From: Piedraia hortae CBS 480.64
Taxonomy: Eukaryota
DNA: 47,979 bases
Direction of reading: 5' to 3'
NCBI GenBank assembly: GCA_010093745.1
Contig: MU005999.1
Span: 1-47,979 of the forward strand
The notes below the pieces were generated by a model. The model did not search any database. It was given only the letters and a program-made list of their open reading frames with translations, and had not been told where the DNA came from. Made by a program: the position numbers and the translations under genes. Positions 12,587-24,094 of the stretch are shown in pieces (position 1 is the first letter of the stretch; each line of letters starts with the position of its first letter).

Positions 12587-12942
12587 GGTGTTGACTGTCT
12601 CAACGTTTTGAGGAGGTTCTGTTGGATTGTGAGTTGTGGCTTTGGTTGGCCGTGGGAACTTCCGGAAAGCAACGGCAAATCCCGCGATCTGAATCAAATT
12701 TCAGCGAAACGGTTGCAACGTTCTTGGAAAAAAAGTCAGACAAGAGATCGTTGTGGGGGTGTGCAAGTAATCAGAATTGAAAAATTGAAAGGGATGTTTT
12801 GAGTCAGGTAAAGTTCGACGTGCGATGATTGGCTACCACCTTTCAAAGTTTGGAACCAAACCCGATTCGGCACCACAGACTTTGCAGAAGAATTATAGGA
12901 TAACCAATAACTGAGATTGCTGAAGGAATGGATAGCCTAGCA

Positions 12943-14453
12943 CTATATAGCCCTTGCTGCCTCACCACCCACTCCCTCTTCTTCAACTCGCTTCTTGCCA
13001 TGACCAAGTCCTCCCTCACCAACTCCCATCCGTCGTGCTACATACTTCTGGGCTACAACGCCGATAGCTATGCTGAGGCTCCCCTCCAGCCACTCTGCCA
13101 CCCACTCGCGTGGGTCAACGCCGCCAGAGTTGATAATCTCTTGAATGGATTCCGGCAGGTTTTCGCCCTCAGACGGCCGGGCATCGATCCAATCTACCCA
13201 TTTTTGCGGCAGGGACTGCGATATGGTCGAGAAACAGATGCTGTGGATGGGGTCGTGGAGATATATAGCAAAAGCCACGACATCTTCGGCCGTTTCTTCT
13301 GGCTCAACGACACCAGACGGAGCAGCCTCGGCCTTTTGACGTCCGTCACCGGCAAAAAGAGACTTATCAGCGGTATAACTAACGGCTTGGACCGCTAAGA
13401 AGATGTCAGATGATCGGGTAGGATTTGACTTGGACAACGTCTCTGTTGCCTTCTTGGCCGCCTCTTCTATACCCCCGCGTGCCTCGAGGAATTCTTTGGC
13501 GTACGATTCTGCACTTACCCTCGCTAGTCTGCTGCCCTCCTTGAGCCCTGGAACCGTACCCAGCTGCCGTTTTGCGTGCTCCTCGCGCCACCAGGGCCCA
13601 TCCGTCCAGCCGCTCGCCCCTCCAAGCATGCCACCTCTGTAGCCCTGGAGTTCATCGTCTTTGCTTCGGTTCTCTGAGCCCCGCTGGATGACCATAAGAT
13701 CTCCACCCTCTACCTGAGCCATGACGCGTGAGAAGGCAGAGTAAACAAGCGGGTCGAGGGGTGGATAGTTTTGGATATCATGGGTGATGTGGATCTGCAA
13801 ACGCTCGTGGGCAGATATGGGCGGAGCTATATGGGAAAGCAGCGAAGTGAAGGTGGGAATGGCGCGAGACTGAAGGTCTTTGCCTGGTTGACGGGTCAGA
13901 CGTGGCGGCTACAACCCACAACGGGGCTCTACTTACCAAGATGCTGCAGCGAGCTGAGGTTTCCCTTCATCTGCTCGGCCCAACGCTGCGCCTCTTCATT
14001 GCCTCGAATGTCCTTGGCCAGAGTCTCAGCCTGTTTGACCGCCGCCGAAGCCGCGCTGAACATGCTGCCCCACCAACCGCCGCCCTTTGCATTGCCCTCG
14101 CCGCTATCTGTCTGCACAGGGGCTCCCGCTGTCGTCTCGTTGGCCCTCACCGTTGTTGGACCGCTGCGGAGTTTGTCCTCGCTGTTTCTGACGCTGGATG
14201 GCCTTGAGCCGCTGGTCAAGTCGGCCTTGTTGGAAGCTCTACCGGTCATGCTGGCAGGTCTCGGCGTGTTCGGTCGTGAGAGAGTCACTGGTTTGGCGGC
14301 CAGTTTGGCCTCAATGTCAGCCAGAGCGGCTTCCCCTTCGTTGTTCACTGGGGGTGCCGAGGACGTTGGTGTCGGGGGTGTATCAGCTTCTGCGCCATCC
14401 TTACCCAAATTCTCCAGCTCGGCGAGGAGGTCCTTGTCTTCCTTGCGCGCCAT
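12943..14453 (-). CDS. MTC1: Maintenance of telomere capping protein 1 (Mtc1 family); exons 14453-13937, 13883-12943
   Basis: GGGWWGSMFSAASAAVKQAE in exon 1. Intron 13936-13884 (GTAAGT...CTGAC...CCAG, 53 nt) gives ...IAPPISAHERLQIHITHD...YSAFSRVMAQVEG...DPREWVAEWLEGSLSIAIGVVAQKYVARRM. Confidence 0.85.
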
Positions 14454-14708
14454 GTTTGTCTTGAGCTACTCGCAAGCCGTCCGCGTCTGGTTGTCAACTG
14501 ACGTCACCCGCTGTGGAGACAAACATCTGACAGCAGCCTCACAACTAACCGCAGTTGAAAGGAAGGTGAGAACACAATAGTCACTCCAATATTGAATGCG
14601 GACAGACGCAAAGGTCTGTGGCTAACTATGTCGTCGTTAAGAGTTTGCTTATGTACATAGCTATCTCCCAGTAGGCATGTACCAAGCAACAAATGACAGA
14701 CTCCAGAA

Positions 14709-15731
14709 TCACTCATTCAGTGGTGCACTGTCACCAAACAAGGCAAGCCCCTCTTGCTCGCCATACCTGCCACCTTGGATGTCCACACTGGCCAATATCT
14801 GGTCAATCTGTTCCATGTCGTTCTGGTCCAAATGAACCGTCTTGGAATTTTCCGCTACTCTTTCCGGAGTTGTAGCTCCGGGGATGGGGATGAAGACGGG
14901 GTTTCCGTTCCTGCCACTCTGGGCAAGGATCCAGCTGATGCCAACCTGTCCAGGCGTACACCCCTTCCTCTCCGCAATCTTCTTTAGCTCATCAACGAGT
15001 TTGATGTTTTGCTGAAAATTCTCAGGAGAGAACCTGGGCAGAAACCGACGACGGTCATTCTTGCCAAGATCATCGATGCTCTTGACCTGGCCCGTAAGGA
15101 AACCTTGTCCGAGCGGCGAGTAGGCAACAATGGGAATGTTCAGTTCGGCACATGCTTTAGCAACGCCGTTGTGAAAGATCTCGGTTGCCCACAAGCTAAA
15201 CTCAACTTCGACGGCGTCCACCTTGACTACTTTGCTTGCCCGTCTGATGGTATCGGCCGAACACTCGGAGAGGGATACTCCACCTAGCTTTCCTGCATCA
15301 ATAAATTCTTTTGCTGTGCGCATGGTGATTTCAATCGGGGTCTTCGTATCAACACGAGCCGCCTCCCATATATCCAACTTCTTCCCAGTCTTGCTCAATA
15401 TATCAATACACTCTTGGATGCTCCGCTTGGTATTCTCAGCGCTGCCATCTGGAATCAGCTTACCATGGACCATGCCGCCCTTTATACTAATAACGACCTT
15501 GCCCTTGTCTTCTGGATATTCGTCAAAGTACTCGCGCAACAGGTGGAGGCTGTTTCGTTCGGGGTTGCCATAGATTTCTCCTCCGTTCCAAAAGTTGCAG
15601 CCGTCCTTGAGGGCTTCTTTCATGGCACGAAAGGACTGCTCCCTGGGCGGTGGCTCCATGCGCCATGTCATTCCCATCAACCCGAATCCGATCTTCTGGA
15701 CATCTTTCCCGCCGATTTTGATGCTTGCCAT
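14709..15731 (-). CDS. Aldo-keto reductase, pyridoxal reductase (AKR8/Plr1-like) subfamily
   Basis: IGFGLMGMTW, WNGGEIYG, ISIKGG, VSLSEC, VEVEFSLW, AYSPLGQGFLTG and IPIPGAT motifs; intronless, 340 aa. Confidence 0.9.
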   Translation of the reverse strand: MASIKIGGKDVQKIGFGLMGMTWRMEPPPREQSFRAMKEALKDGCNFWNGGEIYGNPERNSLHLLREYFDEYPEDKGKVVISIKGGMVHGKLIPDGSAENTKRSIQECIDILSKTGKKLDIWEAARVDTKTPIEITMRTAKEFIDAGKLGGVSLSECSADTIRRASKVVKVDAVEVEFSLWATEIFHNGVAKACAELNIPIVAYSPLGQGFLTGQVKSIDDLGKNDRRRFLPRFSPENFQQNIKLVDELKKIAERKGCTPGQVGISWILAQSGRNGNPVFIPIPGATTPERVAENSKTVHLDQNDMEQIDQILASVDIQGGRYGEQEGLALFGDSAPLNE

Positions 15732-16182
15732 GTTTGATCTTTTCTGGTGAGAGTCGTTGGGAGTTTGATTTATCGTTATGATGGATCAACTAACGTGCTA
15801 TGAATTCCCGATCTCTTGTGGGTATGTGAGATATCTACACGATAAATTCAATATGAGAGCGAGTCCACCTAAACTGGGACTTGAGCGTTCTTAAAGCCTC
15901 GTCTGAGCTCGTCACTCGCCTCCATGACGCCATGATTCAACAAACGTTCGCCCCATGTGGGTACCTTGGCAGAAGCATGGTGCAAGAGCTTGTTCACAAG
16001 CCTCTTTCCATACGTTTATTGGTCGAGTTCAAAGTGGTCTGCTAACCGATTGTGTACCAGGCGGAAATTCAATTTCCTTTTGCCCGACGTAGACCACAGG
16101 TGGCTTTCAAAATCCATACATTTATCATTGAGCTGCATTGATTCACAGTTGAGATTACGCTACAAAAACATACAATCCCTTT

Positions 16183-17312
16183 TTATCTCCGTCGCTGTCC
16201 CTGCTGCATTGCCAAGATGTACACCATTCGCGTGAAGATGTTGATGAAATCGAGTTCCAGTGAGATGGACTCGTTGACGTAATCTCGTTTGATAAGGCCA
16301 CGCTCAGCCATGCGAGCGTGCTGAAGGACTTTTTGGACGTCATAGAGGGTGAAACCACCAAAGACAGCGAGACCACTATCACATTGTTAGCAAGAGCAGC
16401 TTGTCGTATCAGTACGCTTACCCGTAAAGGAAAATGTTTTGCGACCACATCAAGGCCCTTCCGGCTGTAGTGGGAAGCACGAGAGGTGCCAGACCCGAGA
16501 GGGCAACAACAGCCACACCCGCGAGCAGAGGCGCTCCAAGATAAAGGTACTTCTCCTGCTTGGCAGTAGCACCGACCACGGCGATGGATCCCATCATGCC
16601 AACAGTGTAGAGACCGGCTTTGGCCAGAAGAGCGGGGCTAAAGAAGAACAATGGCGACAAGAGAGCCGCCTGCGTCAGATTGAAAGTGGCAAAAAGACCA
16701 TACTTGACCATGTAGTTCTCTGGGGGCGTCATTTGGCAAGCCATCATGGAGCCGATTGAACCAACAAGTCCAGCACCCATGACAAGCCAGGGATTGGCAG
16801 CCATGAGACGAAATGACCAGCCGCTCCTGTGAAGGGCGCTGGCAGCAACTCCAATGATGCCAACGCCTAGCCCGGTGTGCAAGAATGTCTGATTGAGGTA
16901 GGAACGTTCAAAAGGAGGCATGCCTCCATCTTCGCGTGTCTCTCTATTGAAGACGAGGTTGATGGCCAGCAAAGTACCACCAAAAAGAGCTGCAACTGTT
17001 AGTCACTTCCTATCCCATTAGATGCCGCAACATACCTCCACCATAGAGTAGTCGGGACGAGGTGCTGCCCGATTGGATTGGGTTTTGCGACACTACCTGG
17101 TATCCTCGACGTCCAGAGTGCGTGAAATGGTTTCGAAGCGTTCCTTGTCTGGCTTTTGATAGTTGCTGCAGTGGCGTTGTGAACTGCTTCGCAGTCGTGC
17201 GGAACCCGCGTTGGACAGGCCTGGCGCAAAAAGGCTGAGCCGAAGCACGGGCGATGGAAGGCACAGAAGCCAGCGGGCAGCGGAATAGAGGAGTCATTGT
17301 TGCGAAAGCCAT
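16183..17312 (-). CDS. Bax inhibitor-1 family mitochondrial membrane protein (GHITM/MICS1 type); exons 17312-17036, 16989-16422, 16375-16183
   Basis: Arg/Ser-rich presequence-like N-terminus and multiple TM helices. Introns 17035-16990 and 16421-16376 (both 46 nt, CTAAC branch sites). The spliced C-terminus reads YGGLAVFGGFTLYDVQK...NESISLELDFINIFTRMV. Confidence 0.9.
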
Positions 17313-17366
17313 TTCGAATGTCGTGGAAGAATGGAAATGTCAACGTCGACTTTGACAGATGACATA

Positions 17367-17400
17367 GGTTCGGTTCGGTTCGGTTCGGTTCGGTTCGGTT
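17367..17400. repeat. Perfect pentanucleotide microsatellite (GGTTC)6GGTT
   Basis: Read directly; lies in the 158-bp gap between the divergent GHITM-like and SSU72 start codons. Confidence 0.97.
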
Positions 17401-17470
17401 TCTCGTTTTGGTCTAGTGCGTCCACCCAGCTTTTGCTGTTGCTGTTGCTGTCAACACTTGGGAGACAACT

Positions 17471-18528
17471 ATGTCAATAGACCCGCGCAGGCGTGCACAG
17501 GTAGTGGGTTCGCCGTTAATATCAATTGTAGAGCCATGGCGCTGATTTTCTGTAGGCCCCCACGCCTCCTCCGTCGAATGAGTCTGTCAGCCAAACTCAG
17601 GTCGTGAGCCATGACACTACGAACGGTTCTAAGCCTGAGGATGACTTCAAGCTTCGGTTCTGTAAGTGAGAGTTCTAGTAACAGCAGGGAGATATTTGGC
17701 TTATACTGGCCCAGGCACAGTTTGTGCGAGCAACAACAATCGGTCGATGGAGGCTCATCTACGTTTAACTACCAGCCCATCTCCCTACCCAACCATTTCC
17801 TTTGGCACAGGGAGCTTGGTTCGGCTGCCTGGCCCCAGTATCAGTCAGCCAAATGTCTACAATTTCAATACCGTACGTTGCCACTACGTGCGCCTTGTCA
17901 TGTTCCTAAATCTTGTTTGCAGACCTCATATGCCAGCATGTATGACGAGCTGGCAGCCAAAGATTTGCGGCTGTACCGGTCCAACGGCATTTTGCCGATG
18001 CTCGAACGCAACCGAGGGGTCAAGTGGGGTCCCGAACGTTGGCAGGACTGGCGCATTGGCCACCCCCGCACGGGGAAACGCTGGATGGATGCGGAAGGCG
18101 TTGCACACGCGCCAGATGCGGGGCAAGTAGACTACAGCAACGACAAGGGCTACGAAGGCACTGAAGCTGGCGTGGTCGACATAGTAATCACGTGTGAAGA
18201 AAGGTGCTGGGATGCTGTGGTTGATGATCTGTTGACTCGCGGGAGTCCCTTGAACAGGCCGGTGCACGTCTTCAACGTCGACATCAAAGATAACCACGAG
18301 GAGGCGCTGGTTGGTGGAAAAGCGATACTGGAGCTGGCCGACCGCCTCAACGCCGCAGCAGCAGAAGAGAGAGCCGCATGGATCAGAACTAATGGCGTAC
18401 CAAACGGGTTTGACTCGGGCCACGTTCTCGCGCGCAGCGGCTTTGACGAACGGGTTCCCGACATCCTGGCGGCGTGGCAGGAAAAATGGCCAACCTTGCC
18501 CGCCTTGTGGACGTTGGCTTGGCTATGA
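17471..18528 (+). CDS. SSU72: RNA polymerase II CTD phosphatase Ssu72; exons 17471-17500, 17556-17661, 17715-17872, 17923-18528
   Basis: The spliced product contains [19 protein letters not shown] (CX5R active site), [25 protein letters not shown] and [11 protein letters not shown]. Introns 17501-17555, 17662-17714 and 17873-17922 are all GT-AG and frame-consistent. The first exon is least certain. Confidence 0.92.
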
Positions 18529-19096
18529 GGTCATGATATCCGGTTAATTGTAATTCCAACGGCGTAAGGGCGCATAGACTCGAGAGAGGTCAGGGGCCAA
18601 CCTTCTTAACCCCACTTCTTTCCCATCAAGCAAGCTGCATACTGTCCGGCCCGTACCGAGCCAGCTGTCAAAGCTATCATCACAGCTGTCAGCAGTTTGT
18701 GAGCTGTCGGTATACGTAGGCAATAGGTAGCAATAGAGAAGCTCATGTTCCTGACCAGTTGTGCACGAGGCCAGTGATGCTAAGACATGGCCCCGCCCCG
18801 ACCCTGCAGAAGCCTTATTGCGGCACGCAACTCAAATCAAATCACGATAAGGGATCTCTATGGCTGCGGCCGGCGGAATATCTGCGCCGGTTAGAGCCGT
18901 TGAATAAAGCCATAAAGGCCACATCCAGAATGCCACGGCCCAGTCGTCAGGCCGAGCGTTCTCCGTTACTGCAAGGGGTTCAAGTAGCAAAGGGCCAGCC
19001 CTACGACCGGTTTCCTCACCAAACAGTAGGCCATATCCCAGTAGAACTACGCGTAGTTGACTTTGATAGATCCGGCGGGCGTGCACCATCGCAATA

Positions 19097-21205
19097 ATGG
19101 GCGTCCCGTTAATTGTGTGTGCGGCTCTGCTGTGGTCGTACGCGGCCGGCTCACCGTCACCCAAGCCTCGCATCGATTTTGCTGAGCTCCAAAAGATGCT
19201 CCTGAATACGCCGTCCAACGATTCGGTGAGCGAGTGGAGCCGCTATTACACGGCCGCTCCGCACTTGGCAGGTCAAAACAAGAGTCAGGCCGACTGGACC
19301 AGAGACCGTTGGGAGGAATGGGGCGTCAAGAGCAGCATTTCGGCTTACGACGTCTACATTAACTATCCATCCGACCACCAACTGACATTGTACGTGGATG
19401 AGAGGGTTGCTTATGCTGCCAGTTTAGAGGAGGATGTCTTGCCCGAGGACCCAACTACCGGCCTACCTAATCGTGTGCCAACTTTCCACGGCTATTCTGC
19501 AAACGGAGACGTAACGGCTCAGTATGTGTACTGCAATTATGGCACGTACCAGGATTTTGAAGAACTTCTGGCAGCCAATGTGAGCCTAAAGGGCAAGATT
19601 GCTTTGGCCAAGTACGGCGGCATCTTTCGAGGTTTAAAGGTCAAGCGAGCGAGCGAATTGGGCATGGTAGGCGTCGTTTTGTTTACCGACCCCGGTGATG
19701 ACGGCGATATTACCGAGCAGAACGGCTACAAGCCTTACCCCAAAGGACCCGCACGTAACCCGAGCTCGGTCCAGAGAGGCAGCGTGCAATATCTTAGCAT
19801 CGCCCCTGGTGATCCGACAACCCCCGGCTACCCGTCGCTGCCTGGAGCAGCCCGTAAAAGCGTAAAGGGAAAGATTCCGGATATTCCGTCCCTTCCCATC
19901 TCCTTTGCCGACTCCATCCCTCTGCTGCAACAGCTCAACGGGTTTGGACCAAATGCCTCTTCGTTTTCCGCAAATTGGCAAACAGGTGGCTTGGGGTACA
20001 AAGGTGTAGACTACAGCATTGGCCCTTCCCCTGACAGTGCTGTGCTCAAGCTGGTGAACAAGCAGAAATATGTCACGACTCCTTTGTGGAACGTGATTGG
20101 CATCATCAACGGAACCTTGACAGACGAGGTCGTTGTGATTGGCTGCCATCGCGATGCTTGGATCGCAGGCGGTGCTGCCGACCCAAACTCGGGATCTGCG
20201 GCTCTGGACGAAATTGTTCGGTCCTTTGGCCTAGCCCTTAAAGCTGGCTGGAAGCCACACCGTACCATGGTCTTTGCCAGTTGGGACGGCGAGGAGTACG
20301 GACTGCTGGGAAGCACAGAGTGGGTGGAAGAGTATATCCCATGGCTGTCTGATGCTACAGTGGCCTACATCAACCTCGATATTGGTTTCAGCGGACCCGT
20401 CTTTGGAGTCTCAGCTGCCCCCGTCCTCAACCAGTTAGTCTACAACGTCTCAGCCCAAGTCAAATCTCCCAACGTAACAATACCGGGACAGAGCGTACGC
20501 GACACCTGGGATGGGAAAATCTCCACCATCGGCTCAGGATCCGACTTCACAGCCTTCCAAGACTTCGCCGGCATAAGCTGTGTGCATCTGGAATTCTCCA
20601 ACGGCGACAAAGATCCCGTGTATCATTACCACTCCAACTACGACAGCTACCACTAGATGGAAACATATGGCGACAAGCACTTTGAATACCACGTTACAAT
20701 TGCACAGATTGCGGCACTGACCATGGCCAATCTTGTCGAAGACGCCGTCATTCCCTTTAGCGCAGCTGATTACGGCGCCGCTCTAGGGAAATACCTCTCC
20801 AGCGTGAAGAGTTTGTCAAATGCGTCATCTGTGGACCTCACATCCCTCGAACAGGCAATCACCAAGTTCCAAGCCGCGGCAAGCGCCTTCGACAAGAAAG
20901 CAGACGCATTCCGCTCTGGCCAACCAAATGGCAACTATGGCCATGGCCATGGTGATTTTAAAGCCCTCGCGGAAATAAACAAAAAGTACAAGTTGCTGGA
21001 GCGCAAGTTCCTCTTCGAGAAAGGACTGGATAACAGGAATTGGTTCAAGCACGTCGTCTTCGCGCCTGGATTTTGGACGGGATACTCGGGCGCGACATTC
21101 CCTGGCCTTGTAGAGGGAATTCAGTTTAAAAACTTCACTGCGGCGCAGCGGTGGGTTGGCACCATTGCTGATAGGGTCAATGATGCTGCTGAGTGGCTTG
21201 CATGA
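19097..21205 (+). pseudogene. Glutamate carboxypeptidase II-like M28 peptidase (PA, peptidase and transferrin-receptor dimerisation domains) with in-frame TAG at 20654-20656; pseudogene, recoded gene or sequence error
   Basis: Signal-peptide-like N-terminus; motifs HRDAW, GAADPNSG, SWDGEEYGLLGSTEW, GSGSDF and YHYHSNYD. After the TAG the same frame continues for 182 codons with RNWFKHVVFAPG..TGYSGATFPGL. Confidence 0.85.
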
Positions 21206-21334
21206 TGTTGGCAGTCGATAATCTTGATGAGTTATGAAAGGATTTGATTCATGAACATGGGCGCATGGAAAGGTTCAAACAACTGCAGACAGTGCAAATT
21301 CCAACTACGTACAACGAAGATCCTTTATGGCTAA

Positions 21335-22141
<807 letters not shown>

Positions 22142-23275
22142 TTACTCAATGGTGGAGTTGCTCTGCGGCGATAGACGAGACGTTTTATAGGCGACTTCAT
22201 AGCTCCATGGTGGGGCGATGAGGGGTTTGTAAACACTGATGTCATCGCAAAAGGGCCGAAAAGCGAGCTCGGCATTAATCACAATTGGTGTATGTAAGAG
22301 GTACTTGCATGGCCCAGAGCTTTAAGTTTTCGTCTAGTCGTTTGGCTTGCTTTTGTTCTGGGTAGACATGTAGAGCGTTCCGTGTAGTCTTGCATGCAAA
22401 GTTTACTCTGGGATGCAAATTTACCTCAAAAAAAGATTGTCATCCCTAGCTGTGGGGCTCGTAGACTTCTTCAACTGTTGTCCCACTACTCTGTGGGCCT
22501 GCTGTGAACCGATTGATGACATGAGCTACGCGGCTGATGGTAACCGCTAGCCATCAAGCACTGTTTTAGTGACGGAATAGGCGATGACTTGAAAGATCTC
22601 AAGTACAGAGGATGCCACGTAGATACCTGGAAAGGAAATCCAAACACTATAGACGTGAAGTCTGAGCGAAAAGAATGTGTGTAACTGTGTACGTTCCTAC
22701 GTGCCGAGAGCTAATGCAACGTTCCTCCACAGACTCTCAGTTGGCCAGACCGCATTTGCCGAGAACCACGAGATGACATGACCTCGTCACAGGGGAAAAC
22801 TATTTTATGAGGCAGAAAACCCTGCGAAGCCTCGGGCGTTCTATCTACCACAGATCTACCTCATTTGAGACAGGGTCACCTTGCTATTCTTCTATGGGTG
22901 GGACCAACTATGATACAAAACTGGTCAATATATCCGTGGTCGTTGGAATGCACCATTTAGCTGCTTGGCGTTGGTATGATAGGCTGCTTACATTGTACTA
23001 GTTGAGACGCAGTTGTGCGGCTTCTTCTGCGTTGCATCTCAACATGTACAAGGCAGTGAAGCTTGCTACCTGCGGAGAAGCTTCTGGCTTCTTGGGAACC
23101 CGTTTGATATAAAGGCACAACGTCTTGCACCTTCCCCTCATCGCAAGCCTAAACCTTACCCCTCCCCCGCTGTCACTTGTGTCATACGACAGCTATAGAC
23201 AACCACAAGTGGGGCAGTCATGTGTCTCGTCACTCGTCTTCCTGACTCTCCATCTCTGTTTCTCCACCGTTCAAG

Positions 23276-24054
23276 ATGCTGCCCCCAACTATTGTCATCA
23301 TACACGATGCTTTTGCCCATCCGGCGCCCTATACCAATTTCATTGCCCAGCTGCATGCTGAAGGCCTCACCGAGGTTCGCGTGCCCCATTTGCCGTCAAC
23401 CGAAGGAGGGGATCCAGAACGTGACGTGCCCGTGGTGAAGAGAACCATTGAAAGCTGCTTGACGAGCGGACGTGATGTCCTAGTCCTGGCTCATGGATAC
23501 GGAGGCTCGCTAATCGGTGACGCTGTGACTGGAGTAAATGTGACGGCGGGTAAGTCGAACAATGCCAAGCTCATGGGTATCGTTTTCGTGGCCGGAGTGA
23601 TCGCCTCGCCCGGAGAGAGTTATCTTGACGCTTTTGAGGGCGGAATGCCTTCGTGGATTCAAAAGGTATGATGCGTAGCCGCTTGTCAATCGGTGCTGAC
23701 TGTCAGGATGGGACCATGTGCACTATCAACGACCCTGGTGCCGTGTTCTTCAATACTCTTAAAGATGCTGAAATTCATGAGGACCTTGTCAAGCACACGC
23801 AGCCTCAGGCCCTGTCTGCACTGGAACGCCGCGTGACGTCGACTAACTGGGACCGTGTGCCGTGCGCGTACATTATTTGCCGCCAAGACCATTCAATGAG
23901 CGTGGAGGAGCAGCAGCGTATGGTCAAGAAACTTCAGCGTTTCCGCCCCACGACGGTAACCACCACGCTGGACTACGACCACTGCCCCATGCATTGTGTT
24001 TCTGCCCGCATGGCAAGCATAGTCAAGGCCATGGTTGGTCAGTTGCTGCACTAA
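23276..24054 (+). CDS. Alpha/beta hydrolase-fold protein (Abhydrolase_6-like) with atypical nucleophile elbow; exons 23276-23665, 23707-24054
   Basis: PTIVIIHDAF, DVLVLAHGYGG, GIVFVAG, PCAYIICRQD and DHCPM match the family layout. Intron 23666-23706 (GTATGA...GCTGAC...TCAG, 41 nt). Confidence 0.85.
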
Positions 24055-24094
24055 GCGGCTGTGTTCTGTGTGTGTTAGCGTTAAAGCAAGCTTT

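Noticed and set aside
13771..14580. 269-aa plus-strand ORF opposite MTC1
   Set aside because: Antisense shadow of a genuine gene, with no domain features.
17367..17400. GGTTC array as a telomeric or CRISPR-like repeat
   Set aside because: The unit is not TTAGGG, it has no spacers, and it is short and interstitial.
20654..20659. TAG-ATG as two separate genes or termination-reinitiation
   Set aside because: The Met is the residue that normally follows the conserved Trp in this family, and the downstream part lacks a signal peptide. It is best explained as one interrupted gene.
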